A stretch of 64,000 nt of DNA from Candidatus Heimdallarchaeota archaeon (GTDB lineage Archaea; Asgardarchaeota; Heimdallarchaeia; Hodarchaeales; Hodarchaeaceae): assembly GCA_011364965.1 (NCBI GenBank), contig RDOB01000001.1:160001-224000 (forward strand), read 5' to 3'. The stretch's first letter is position 1. The number at the start of each line of letters is the position of its first letter. A model generated the notes under the pieces. It saw only the letters and a list, made by a program, of their open reading frames with translations. It had not been told where the DNA came from and ran no database searches. Made by a program: the position numbers and the translations under genes. Positions 55,413 through 64,000 of this stretch are shown here, in pieces.

Positions 55413-55753
55413 ACCGCAACTTCAATCTGTTTACATATCGCATTTATCAGATAGATAAATGCTACCATCTTTTTTTTTGGTAAATGGGGATGTAACAATG
55501 AATGTAAACTTTTAAGATTCCAGAGTCTATTAAGAATGCGTTTCTACTTCGTAAAGCTAAAAACTAGTCCGTTTGCAACCTTTTGATAATTGGAGGTCGC
55601 TTTTTCAAAAGAATTCGATGACCACAGATAATGCATCTGATACCCGGTAGGGTTTCTAACTCTGCTGGATCAATTTCTTGATGGCACTTTTGACATAAAT
55701 AGGTAGTCATTTTCTCATCCTACGTTCTAAAATTTGTGAGGAGGATAACTCAC

Positions 55754-56158
55754 TCAGATCGGTCGCTTGAGGTTTTGTTTGATATAATTTACGATCTCAT
55801 CTGTATCTGTCCCTGGACCAAAAATCCCTTCTATTCCGATCGCACTCAAACTTTCATAATCCTGATCTGGGATAATTCCACCTGCAATAATCAATGTATC
55901 CTCAAACATATCTTTTTCTTTTAACAGCTCAACAATTCGCGGAAACAAGGCCATATGAGACCCACTTAAGCTTGATAAGCCAATCACATCAGCATCCTCC
56001 TGTAAAGCCGCTTCAACAATCTGCTCGGGGCTTTTATGGAGCCCTGTGTAAATCACTTCCATACCCGCATCTCGCAGTGCTCTCGCAACAACCTTTACAC
56101 CACGATCATGACCATCAAGGCCTGGTTTTGCTAATAATACTCTAATTTTTGGTCCCAT
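55754..56158 (-). CDS. B12-binding small subunit of an acyl-CoA mutase
   Basis: [10 protein letters not shown] (DxHxxG) and GLSSLSGSH. Confidence 0.94.
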   Translation of the reverse strand: MGPKIRVLLAKPGLDGHDRGVKVVARALRDAGMEVIYTGLHKSPEQIVEAALQEDADVIGLSSLSGSHMALFPRIVELLKEKDMFEDTLIIAGGIIPDQDYESLSAIGIEGIFGPGTDTDEIVNYIKQNLKRPI

Positions 56159-56173
56159 TTCATCACATTCCTA

Positions 56174-57853
56174 TTAAAATAATTGATCACCTTTCCATTC
56201 CCCAAAAACTTCTCGTAATACATCGCAAATCTCGCCAATTGAGGCATACAACTTCACTGCTTCTATAATTGGAGGCATCAAATTATCTGTTCCCTCTGCA
56301 GCTTTTTTAATTTTATCCAAAGCAGATTTTACTGCAACATTATCTCTTTCTTCTTTTACCTGATTCAAACGTCTGATCTGACGATCTGCAACTTCATCAC
56401 TAATATAAAGAATTGGGATTTCTATCTTCTCATCCTTTTGAAAATCATTGACACCTACTATTATACGCTCTTTTTCTTCAATTTCTTTTTGGTACCGATA
56501 AGCTGCATTAGAAATTTCAGTTTGAAAGAATCCTTTTTCAATTGCAGGTATCACTCCACCAAGCTGCTCGATTTTGTGGAAATATTCCTCCGCTTCTTTT
56601 TCCATTTCGGAGGTTAACCTTTCAATAAAGTAACTCCCACCCAAAGGGTCGATTGTATTTGTAACTCCACTTTCGTGAGCAAGTAATTGCTGAGTTCGGA
56701 GAGCAATTTCCACTGCCTCCTCGCTTGGCAACGCTAGTGCTTCATCTAACGAATTTGTATGAAGTGATTGAGTACCTCCCAATACAGCAGCTAGAGCTTG
56801 AATAGTTGTCCTAACAACATTTAAGTATGGTTGCTGTGCAGTTAAAGAGCAACCAGCTGTTTGTGTATGAAACCTTAGCCATAAAGATTGTTGATTTTTG
56901 GGATTGTATTGCTTAATAAACTTTGCCCAGATTCGTCGAGCTGCACGATATTTGCAGATTTCCTCGAAAAAATCGTTATGTGAATTAAAGAAAAAGGAGA
57001 GACGAGGAGCAAATTCATCAATGTCCATTCCTGCCTCAACTGCCCATCTGACATATTCCATTCCATCAGCTAGTGTAAAAGCAAGCTCTTGTGCAGCAGT
57101 GGACCCAGCTTCGCGAATGTGATATCCAGAAATTGAAATTGTATTCCATCTCGGGACATGTGTTGAACAATATTTCATAATATCCACAATAATGCGCATA
57201 GAAGGAGTAGGAGGGAAAATATACGATTTTTGAGCAATATATTCCTTTAAAATATCATTTTGAATAGTTCCTCCAATTTTGTCGGAACTTACTCCTTGTT
57301 TTTCAGCTACAGTAATATACATTGCTAGAAGAATAGCAGCAGGAGCGTTGATTGTCATTGAAGTTGTGACTTTATCTAATGGGATACCATCAAATAATAT
57401 TTCCATGTCTTTAAGTGTATCAATTGCTACTCCCAGTTTCCCCACTTCACCTAAAGACATAAGATGGGTTGATTCACGCCCATATATTGTAGGAAGGTGA
57501 AACGCAACACTTAAACCAGTCATCCCGTTTTCTAGTAGAAATTTAAATCTTTGATTGGTCTCCTCCGCACTTCCAAATCCAGCAAATTGCCGCATCGTCC
57601 ATAACCGCCCACGATACATCGATTGCTGAACTCCCCGAGTGAAGGGATATCGACCTGGATAACCGAGATCCTCTTGATACGACCAGTCTTCTGGAATATC
57701 GGTTGGGTCATATAGATTTTGAATCTCCTTGCTTGATGTAGTCATGAATTTCTTTAATCGCTCAGGATGCCTATTTACTCTTTGGTTATAAGATGATTCC
57801 CATTTTTCTCTTAATTCTTCGATATTTACCAATTTTATTGACTCTTTAGTCAT
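56174..57853 (-). CDS. Acyl-CoA mutase large subunit, isobutyryl-CoA mutase-like
   Basis: [19 protein letters not shown] and [11 protein letters not shown]; specificity residues MRQF and YIAQK. Confidence 0.92.
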   Translation of the reverse strand: MTKESIKLVNIEELREKWESSYNQRVNRHPERLKKFMTTSSKEIQNLYDPTDIPEDWSYQEDLGYPGRYPFTRGVQQSMYRGRLWTMRQFAGFGSAEETNQRFKFLLENGMTGLSVAFHLPTIYGRESTHLMSLGEVGKLGVAIDTLKDMEILFDGIPLDKVTTSMTINAPAAILLAMYITVAEKQGVSSDKIGGTIQNDILKEYIAQKSYIFPPTPSMRIIVDIMKYCSTHVPRWNTISISGYHIREAGSTAAQELAFTLADGMEYVRWAVEAGMDIDEFAPRLSFFFNSHNDFFEEICKYRAARRIWAKFIKQYNPKNQQSLWLRFHTQTAGCSLTAQQPYLNVVRTTIQALAAVLGGTQSLHTNSLDEALALPSEEAVEIALRTQQLLAHESGVTNTIDPLGGSYFIERLTSEMEKEAEEYFHKIEQLGGVIPAIEKGFFQTEISNAAYRYQKEIEEKERIIVGVNDFQKDEKIEIPILYISDEVADRQIRRLNQVKEERDNVAVKSALDKIKKAAEGTDNLMPPIIEAVKLYASIGEICDVLREVFGEWKGDQLF

Positions 57854-57885
57854 AAATCTTTACTCTCCAATCGAATTCCAAACCA

Positions 57886-58440
57886 TTAAAACTCAATACC
57901 TTTCCGTGCAAGAATACCTGATTGAAATGGATGCTTAGGAGTTGAAATTTCAGTGTAGTAATCAGCAAGTTCGATTAGTGCTGGTGAAGCATAACGGCCA
58001 GTCAATAATACTTCAAGTTTCTTAGGTTTTTGTTGGAGGAAGGAAAGGACTTCCTCTTCAGAAATCAATCCAAAATTAAGAGCAACGTTGATCTCATCTA
58101 AAACAAGGATATCCCAATCTTCTTCTGACATTACCTTTCTAGCATAAGCCAAGGCAGCTCTAGCTTCTTGAAAATCAATATCTTTAGGATTATTTTTATC
58201 AACAAATTCAGGAGTGCCAAATTGAATGATAGAAATTAAAGGGATTTGGTTAATACTGACCAGTTCACCATAATCCCAACCTTTCTTCATAAATTGAATG
58301 ATCAAAGTTCTGAAACCATGCCCTGATGCTCTCAGAGCTAATCCAAGTGCTGAAGTGGTTTTTCCTTTGCCATTGCCCGATATAACATGTATTAAACCGT
58401 GATTAGATTTTCCATCTTTATGATTGAGTGTCTTGGTCAT
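57886..58440 (-). CDS. cobO: Cob(I)alamin adenosyltransferase (CobO/BtuR)
   Basis: GNGKGKTTSALG, IQFMK, LDEIN, LTGR and KHPF..G..ARKGIEF. Confidence 0.94.
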   Translation of the reverse strand: MTKTLNHKDGKSNHGLIHVISGNGKGKTTSALGLALRASGHGFRTLIIQFMKKGWDYGELVSINQIPLISIIQFGTPEFVDKNNPKDIDFQEARAALAYARKVMSEEDWDILVLDEINVALNFGLISEEEVLSFLQQKPKKLEVLLTGRYASPALIELADYYTEISTPKHPFQSGILARKGIEF

Positions 58441-58571
58441 TTTAATCCCAATCCAAACCAATTAAATCGAAAATTAAAATTAAGTAAAGAAGTTTATGAG
58501 GAAGACCCCCTGTGCTAGTTAGTAAACAAAAACCATATAAAAATAGCATTTGTCTTTTAAATTGAAGCTCA

Positions 58572-58672
58572 GGCCGGTGTAGGATAAATTCAGACCCAAT
58601 AAGAGCTGAAATCAAACGGTAGTCTCGGCGGTTGTGGCCCGCCATGTCGGGGTTCGATTCCCCGCTCCGGCC
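58572..58672 (+). tRNA. tRNA-His(GTG) with D-loop intron (15/16; 58588-58616) and encoded G-1
   Basis: GGCGG-TTGTGGC-CCGCC; T arm CGGGG-TTCGATT-CCCCG; G-1/C73; relaxed BHB GGAT-AAA-TTCAG/CTGAA-ATCA-AAC. Confidence 0.88.
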
Positions 58673-58817
58673 CTCCATAAAAACCCCGCTTTTTGTATCA
58701 GTAACTCCCTTTTTTTCTAATTTAACAAAATGTCAAGATGTAATTTCCAAGAACTTTAGTTGTAAGGAAAAATGATTAGCCAGAAAGCTTATTCGATGAT
58801 CCTCGAACTTCATATTT

Positions 58818-59825
58818 ATGAGTGAATTGGGTTCCAAACTAGGTTTTATCCTAAGTTATGACTATTTACCACCTTCTCTATGTCATGATTTACTTGCACT
58901 TCTAGATAACAGTTCATTTACTCATGTATTCGTCCCAGAGTTATGGGGATATGACGCATTTACCCAACTAGCAACCATGGCTACTCATTCAAAAAACTTA
59001 AACTTTGCTACTGGAATCGTTAACTTATTCTCTCGAACTCCTGCAACCTTAGCGCAAACTGCAGCTAGCTTAAGTCATCTTACCGAAGGAAGGTTTATTC
59101 TTGGTTTAGGATTAAGTGGTCCAATTGTGATACGAGATTGGCATGGTATGGATTACTACAAATTCTCTCCATTGCAACGAACACGCGAATACCTTGAAGT
59201 ATTACGCTTAATATTTAGTGGAGAAAGGGTAAATTATTCAGGAAAAGTCTTTTCTCTAAGGAATTTTAAATTATTCAACGTTGAATCTCCTATTAATATT
59301 CCATTATTCTTAGCAGCATTAGGACCTAAGAATATTAAATTAGCAGGAGAATTAGCTGATGGTTGGATGCCTGTTTGGGCTCCTTTCTCTGAATTGCCCA
59401 CTCTAAAATCTAAATTAGAAGAAGGGATGAGACTCCGAGATTCTAGACTTCCTTTATCTCTTGATATTGCCCCATATCTGATAACATGCGCATCTACTTC
59501 AGAAAAGGCGAAAAAACTAGTTTCAAAGCATATAGCTTATTATGTTGGAGGAATGGGAACGTTTTACTATGAATTTGTTAAACGATTAGGGTATGCACAC
59601 GAAGCTAATAAAATAAAAATCGCTTGGAATAACAACCAAAGAGAATTAGCTGCTCAATGTGTTTCGGAGCCCATGTTGAATGATATCGCTGTATTAGGTA
59701 CACAAGAATATATTAAAGAACGATATCAGGAGATCTACAAAGCAGGAGTCAGTTTACCTATTGTAATGCTTCCATATAGGTGTCCATCTGAACTCGCAAT
59801 GGAGACGATTGGAGCTTTTTGCTAA
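58818..59825 (+). CDS. LLM-class (probably F420-dependent) oxidoreductase
   Basis: PELWGYDA, RTPATLAQTA, GRFILGLG and AALGPKN..LAGELADGW. Confidence 0.9.
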   Translation: MSELGSKLGFILSYDYLPPSLCHDLLALLDNSSFTHVFVPELWGYDAFTQLATMATHSKNLNFATGIVNLFSRTPATLAQTAASLSHLTEGRFILGLGLSGPIVIRDWHGMDYYKFSPLQRTREYLEVLRLIFSGERVNYSGKVFSLRNFKLFNVESPINIPLFLAALGPKNIKLAGELADGWMPVWAPFSELPTLKSKLEEGMRLRDSRLPLSLDIAPYLITCASTSEKAKKLVSKHIAYYVGGMGTFYYEFVKRLGYAHEANKIKIAWNNNQRELAAQCVSEPMLNDIAVLGTQEYIKERYQEIYKAGVSLPIVMLPYRCPSELAMETIGAFC

Positions 59826-59839
59826 ACGATTATAATTCT

Positions 59840-60973
59840 TTATTTGTCCATCAATGCTATTACAACAGGAGGATCATCAGGAGTAATACTAATGAGATTA
59901 CGACTAACAAGATCTTCTAGCATTTGCCTTAATTTTCGTGGATGAGCACCAACTGACATTGCAAGTGTAGGAAGATCTAATGACCCTCCAAGGTTCAGTA
60001 ATATTAGAATTGATGCATATAGAGGGTGAGACGATAGCAACCTTTGTGTATAATCTAAGAGAAGATTTCGCTCAAAAGTTTCTTGAGAAACTTTCTGCAA
60101 TTTTTCTTTAAGCTCTAAGTTCTCATCCTCAGACATAATTAAGGATTCTTCTAGTCTATTTACCGTTGTTTTATGTTGTTTTTCGGTTTTTACACTTCGA
60201 TCCATTTCATTTTGGAGTCGAACTCTCATTTCCTCTAATTCAAGATCGTATTCTTGTCTTATCTGTTTCATCCTTGATTGGACACTCTCTTCAACCATTC
60301 GTGCGTAATAATCTTCTTGAAGTTTATATGTCTCTGCAACAGAATTTAAAGCATCTTGAACATCTTTTTCTTGGAGCTTATGATCTCTTTTTAAGCTCTC
60401 AATTACCGCATCCTTCCCAGCAAGCTCTGTTGAAAGCTCTTCAACTTGTTTTTGCAAAAGCTCGAGTTGTTCATGAGTATTTTGAAGCTGCTGATGAGAT
60501 TTTTTTAATTCCATTTCGAGATTAGCTATCTGATCTTCGCTTGTTTCTAGACGTTTTTTATTTTCCTCCCGTGCGTGTTCCAACTCTGAAATTTGGGAAT
60601 TTTTATCCTTAATCTGATTACGAAGCTTTTGAAGCTCTTCCTCAAATTGCTTCATTTGGTTTTCATCAGGTGCAACAACTTCCTGAATAAATCGTGTTTC
60701 CCCTGTAATTATTTCACGGATCCTACCTAGGGATTTTATCGTAATGCGAGTTAGTTCACTATCTACTATACGAGCAGTCTCTTTTCGAAGGTACTTAATA
60801 AAATCGTCAAGGTCACGATACGTGAAATGAGGTGTTCCTTGAGAAGTAAGTCGACTTTTACTTCCTGAGATAGCAACTCCTATTTCTTGCTGTGCAACCT
60901 CACGATCCTTTGCTATCTCATTGATAAACTCCAAACCGTATTCTTTTACTGTCTTTAAGTTCTGCGAAGGCAT
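59840..60973 (-). CDS. Long coiled-coil protein with C-terminal winged helix
   Basis: About 200 aa heptad E/Q/K-rich region, then HPLY..L.ILL..GGSLDL.TLA..VG......L..LV...LI.I. Confidence 0.8.
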   Translation of the reverse strand: MPSQNLKTVKEYGLEFINEIAKDREVAQQEIGVAISGSKSRLTSQGTPHFTYRDLDDFIKYLRKETARIVDSELTRITIKSLGRIREIITGETRFIQEVVAPDENQMKQFEEELQKLRNQIKDKNSQISELEHAREENKKRLETSEDQIANLEMELKKSHQQLQNTHEQLELLQKQVEELSTELAGKDAVIESLKRDHKLQEKDVQDALNSVAETYKLQEDYYARMVEESVQSRMKQIRQEYDLELEEMRVRLQNEMDRSVKTEKQHKTTVNRLEESLIMSEDENLELKEKLQKVSQETFERNLLLDYTQRLLSSHPLYASILILLNLGGSLDLPTLAMSVGAHPRKLRQMLEDLVSRNLISITPDDPPVVIALMDK

Positions 60974-61335
60974 TAATTTCCCTCAGTTAACGAATTAAAG
61001 GATTGTTATCCAACATTCCAATTCCAGAACCCACTACTGATACGAACAGGTCCTACGTGTTGGAAATAAAGACGAAACCTTCTCTCAGGCATCATTCGAA
61101 TATATATGAAAATCCTTAATGGAATGAACAGACTAGAGAAGAAATCGGTCTTTATATACAATTAACCTCCACATTTTCCCTCACCTTTAAAGTATTTTAT
61201 GATAAAGAGAACAGATTCTAGAACCGTAATGAGATCCGAATATAATTATCAAAAGAACTTCATTAAGATCTTGACAGTAATCTATCTGAAATCACGTTTC
61301 CTCTGTTCTTGTGGGAAAAAATTAGGTGAACGCTC

Positions 61336-62070
61336 ATGAGTGATAATAAAAATCTCTCTCCGATTTTAAAAACATTTAATGAAAAGTGGAGACTTAATTT
61401 ATCCATCTCATTATTAGAACAATCACTAACTCATCGCTCATTAAAATCCTTAAGACCAGATACCAAGGATAACCAACGATTGGAAACCCTAGGGGACGCT
61501 GTTATTGATTTAATAGTTCTTGAATGGTTATATCACGAAAAAGCGGAGAACGAAGGAATTCTAACAAAAAGTCGTGCTGAGGTTGTGAAAAATGAGACCT
61601 TAGCTGAAGTAGGAAAAAGACTCAATATTGAAAGGATATTATTTTGTGCTCCAAACTACCAGGTTCAAAAAAAGGACCTCGCTGACGCTATTGAAGCGAT
61701 TTTTGGAGCGATATTTCTTTCTCAAGGACTAAGAGCTTGCCAAAAGCTGTTGATCTCGCTTTTGGGAGAGAAAATGGCTGAAGCTCTTCATTTTGAGAAA
61801 AAAAGTATGAAAAAATGGGGAACTAATGAATATAATCCAAAAAATCTTCTTCAGGAGCATTTTCAAAAACAGGGGTTACCACTTCCTTCCTACAAGCTTA
61901 TAAGAAAAGAAGGTACGGAACATAACCCAATTTATACATATCAATGTAAAGGGATTGTAAATAATATAGCATTCCATGAACTGGGAGTGGGGAAGACAAA
62001 AAAGATAGCTCAAAAAGAAGCTGCAAAAGCATTATACCAGAAACTCGTGGAGAAAGGATATATAATTTAA
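61336..62070 (+). CDS. rnc: Ribonuclease III with dsRBD
   Basis: THRS, NQRLETLGDAV, LADAIEAIFGA, and dsRBD PKNLLQE...G.GKTKKIAQKEAA. Confidence 0.93.
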   Translation: MSDNKNLSPILKTFNEKWRLNLSISLLEQSLTHRSLKSLRPDTKDNQRLETLGDAVIDLIVLEWLYHEKAENEGILTKSRAEVVKNETLAEVGKRLNIERILFCAPNYQVQKKDLADAIEAIFGAIFLSQGLRACQKLLISLLGEKMAEALHFEKKSMKKWGTNEYNPKNLLQEHFQKQGLPLPSYKLIRKEGTEHNPIYTYQCKGIVNNIAFHELGVGKTKKIAQKEAAKALYQKLVEKGYII

Positions 62071-62095
62071 TGCTAAAGGGAAAGAGAATTAGGGA

Positions 62096-62491
62096 TTATT
62101 TCAAAGGGACAAATTGAGACCCACGAGTTGCACCTATACCTGGTGCAGAATGTTTCACCTGTTTACAAGTAGGAGCATATTCACCTAAATAATGGCCCAG
62201 CATTTCTGGGATTAAATTGACTCGTAAAAATTCTCTACCATTATATACTTGTACCGTAGCTCCGATCAACTCAGGAAGAACGATAAAATCGCGGCAATGA
62301 GTTCGAACTGGCCGATTAGAATCTTTAGATGCCATAATTCTCTCCATTAATTTAATGTGCTGTGTACTCATTCCTCGAGTTAATGAACGACGTTGTCTCG
62401 ATGGAAGGAGAGAAATAAATTCATCCATAGATTTTTGACGGAGTTCTTCTAAACTAAAACCACGATAAGTAAATCCACGTCGAGATGACAT
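62096..62491 (-). CDS. rps19: Ribosomal protein uS19
   Basis: FTYRG, RTHCRD, VYNG and MLGHYLGE...H..PGIGATR. Confidence 0.97.
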   Translation of the reverse strand: MSSRRGFTYRGFSLEELRQKSMDEFISLLPSRQRRSLTRGMSTQHIKLMERIMASKDSNRPVRTHCRDFIVLPELIGATVQVYNGREFLRVNLIPEMLGHYLGEYAPTCKQVKHSAPGIGATRGSQFVPLK

Positions 62492-62931
62492 TAATCTTCA
62501 CATTTATACTTCAATTTTTTTCAAACAGGACATAATAGGACTCATAGAATCGTATTATTCCATGTATAAACGAAAATTCAGAATAGTTAAAAATCTGGAG
62601 GATAAAAAGAAACAAGCAAATCCAACATCAAATTCTATTAACTCACATCTTTCTCAATAATCTACTCAAAAATTTGACATATACTAACCCTAAATAGGAG
62701 AAAAATTTGGATCCAATTCTATCAGTCATATTAAGAGAGACGAGTTATCTAAATAGTAATAATTCGAATTGTAGGCACTTAAACCAATAATTTCTCGTAA
62801 TACGTAAGGGGAGATGATTTTTATAACGAATAAATGGTAACCTCACATGTTTGAATTAAGCCAGTACTATAAGGAAATGGCATAAGACAATAATTTCATG
62901 TAAATGTCTCATTATCTTTCCATTAAACATA

Positions 62932-63408
62932 GTGGTTGAAGTTAAATTGCCAAAATATAAGATCTCAGTCTTTGGATTGGACGCAGATAGAACAGCGATT
63001 GCTACAGGCAGAAATATGCGGATTTCCCCGAAACATGCACGAGAAATTTCGCGGAAATTAAAAGGAATGTACCTTGAATCTGCTCAAGAATATCTCGAAA
63101 AAGTGATCGCTCTTGAGAGAAGCGTTCCTTTTAGGCGTTATAGAAGAAAAATCCCACATAGAAAAGATTTAAGAAAATGGCCTGCGGGAAGGTATCCTCA
63201 AAAGGCTGCAAAAGAAATTTTGCGAGTCCTCGAGAACGCAGAACAAAATTCATCCTTTAAAGGCTTAGAGGTCAGCCGATTAAGAATCACACATATGGCA
63301 GCTCAGAGAGGACGCAAAATTCGTGGATTTACACCTCGGGCACATGGTCGTTCCTCACCAAGCTATCAAACATTAACTCATGTTGAAGTCGTAGTAACAG
63401 AGGAATAA
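62932..63408 (+). CDS. rpl22: Ribosomal protein uL22
   Basis: ISPKHAREI, VPFRRY, GRYPQKAA and PRAHGR. Confidence 0.97.
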   Translation: MVEVKLPKYKISVFGLDADRTAIATGRNMRISPKHAREISRKLKGMYLESAQEYLEKVIALERSVPFRRYRRKIPHRKDLRKWPAGRYPQKAAKEILRVLENAEQNSSFKGLEVSRLRITHMAAQRGRKIRGFTPRAHGRSSPSYQTLTHVEVVVTEE

Positions 63409-63412
63409 CAAT

Positions 63413-64000
63413 ATGGCAGCTCAAAAACACTTTATCGATCAAAATCTTCAATATGTCCAAGTTACCGAGTTCTTAAACAGTGAATTGAAGCTTGCAGGAC
63501 AAGGTAAAATTGAAATCCATAAGACTCCAATGGGACATCGTGTTGTGATTCACGCAGTTCGTTTGGGTATGGTTATAGGACGAAGAGGGAGAAATGTAAG
63601 AAAAATCACTGATGTACTCGAACACCGATATGGATTAGAAACACCTCAGTTGGAAGTTCGAGACTTAGAAAATCCTCGATTAAATTCAAGAGTAATGGCA
63701 GGAAGACTAATCTCACAAATTCAAAAAGGATTTCATTTTCGACGTGCAGGATATGCTCTGGTTAGACGAATAATGGCTGCTGAAGCAAGAGGAGTGGAGA
63801 TTACTATTAAAGGTAAATTAACTTCTCAACGTGCAAGAGCTGAAGTTTTCCGTGAGGGATTCGTAGCAAAATGCGGAGAACCAGCTGCGAAATATGTTGA
63901 TGAAACGGTATTGGAAGTGACTCTCAAACAAGGAGTTATTGGAGTTCATGTCAAAATTATGCAACCAGACGCGATTCTTCCTGATGATGCAAAATTGATT
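63413..64000 (+). CDS. rps3: Ribosomal protein uS3 (3' end runs off the window)
   Basis: Manually translated: MAAQKHFID...GMVIGRRGRNV...HFRRAGY..VRRIM...ARGVEI...GK....RAR...QGVIGV.VKIM. Confidence 0.96.
   Translation, partial: MAAQKHFIDQNLQYVQVTEFLNSELKLAGQGKIEIHKTPMGHRVVIHAVRLGMVIGRRGRNVRKITDVLEHRYGLETPQLEVRDLENPRLNSRVMAGRLISQIQKGFHFRRAGYALVRRIMAAEARGVEITIKGKLTSQRARAEVFREGFVAKCGEPAAKYVDETVLEVTLKQGVIGVHVKIMQPDAILPDDAKLI

Noticed and set aside
58442-58678. 78-aa ORF
   Set aside because: Antisense translation of tRNA-His (typical GESNP pattern)

Overview
AT-rich archaeal chromosome segment, most likely from an Asgard archaeon (Heimdallarchaeia-like). This assignment is inferred from archaeal informational genes plus an eL22-like ribosomal protein, eL38, a histone, an HDAC and SNAP-like TPR proteins. 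It is mostly core genome: the exosome/proteasome operon (rrp42-rrp41-rrp4-SBDS-psmA), eIF5A, Nob1, LonB, FtsZ, HypA/B, pelota, Pth2, uL16, DnaG, CoaD, S2P, ArgF, CofE, Acs, MetAP2, a B12 acyl-CoA mutase, RNase III and uS19/uL22/uS3. It also carries a MoxR/vWA locus headed by a 1700-aa Ig-repeat surface protein. No transposase, integrase or CRISPR array was seen. The most striking content is an RNA layer that the ORF track misses. (i) All six tRNA genes found are interrupted: nine introns, seven at non-canonical positions (T-loop 59/60 in five genes, V-loop, D-loop), with visible bulge-helix-bulge motifs. (ii) There are several box C/D guide RNAs. One has guides matching both strands of 16S helix 34, at positions equivalent to eukaryotic snR56/SNORD25 and snR40/SNORD32 sites. 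(iii) A ~365-nt intergenic RNA candidate has an RNase-P-like pseudoknot topology but lacks the RNase P consensus sequence. Other notable items are probable non-AUG starts (ATT for psmA, ACG for pth2), a eukaryote-type ornithine carbamoyltransferase, a Urm1-like protein with a masked GG, a triple PRC-barrel protein, and an inverted uS19. All calls come from manual reading; no searches were run.
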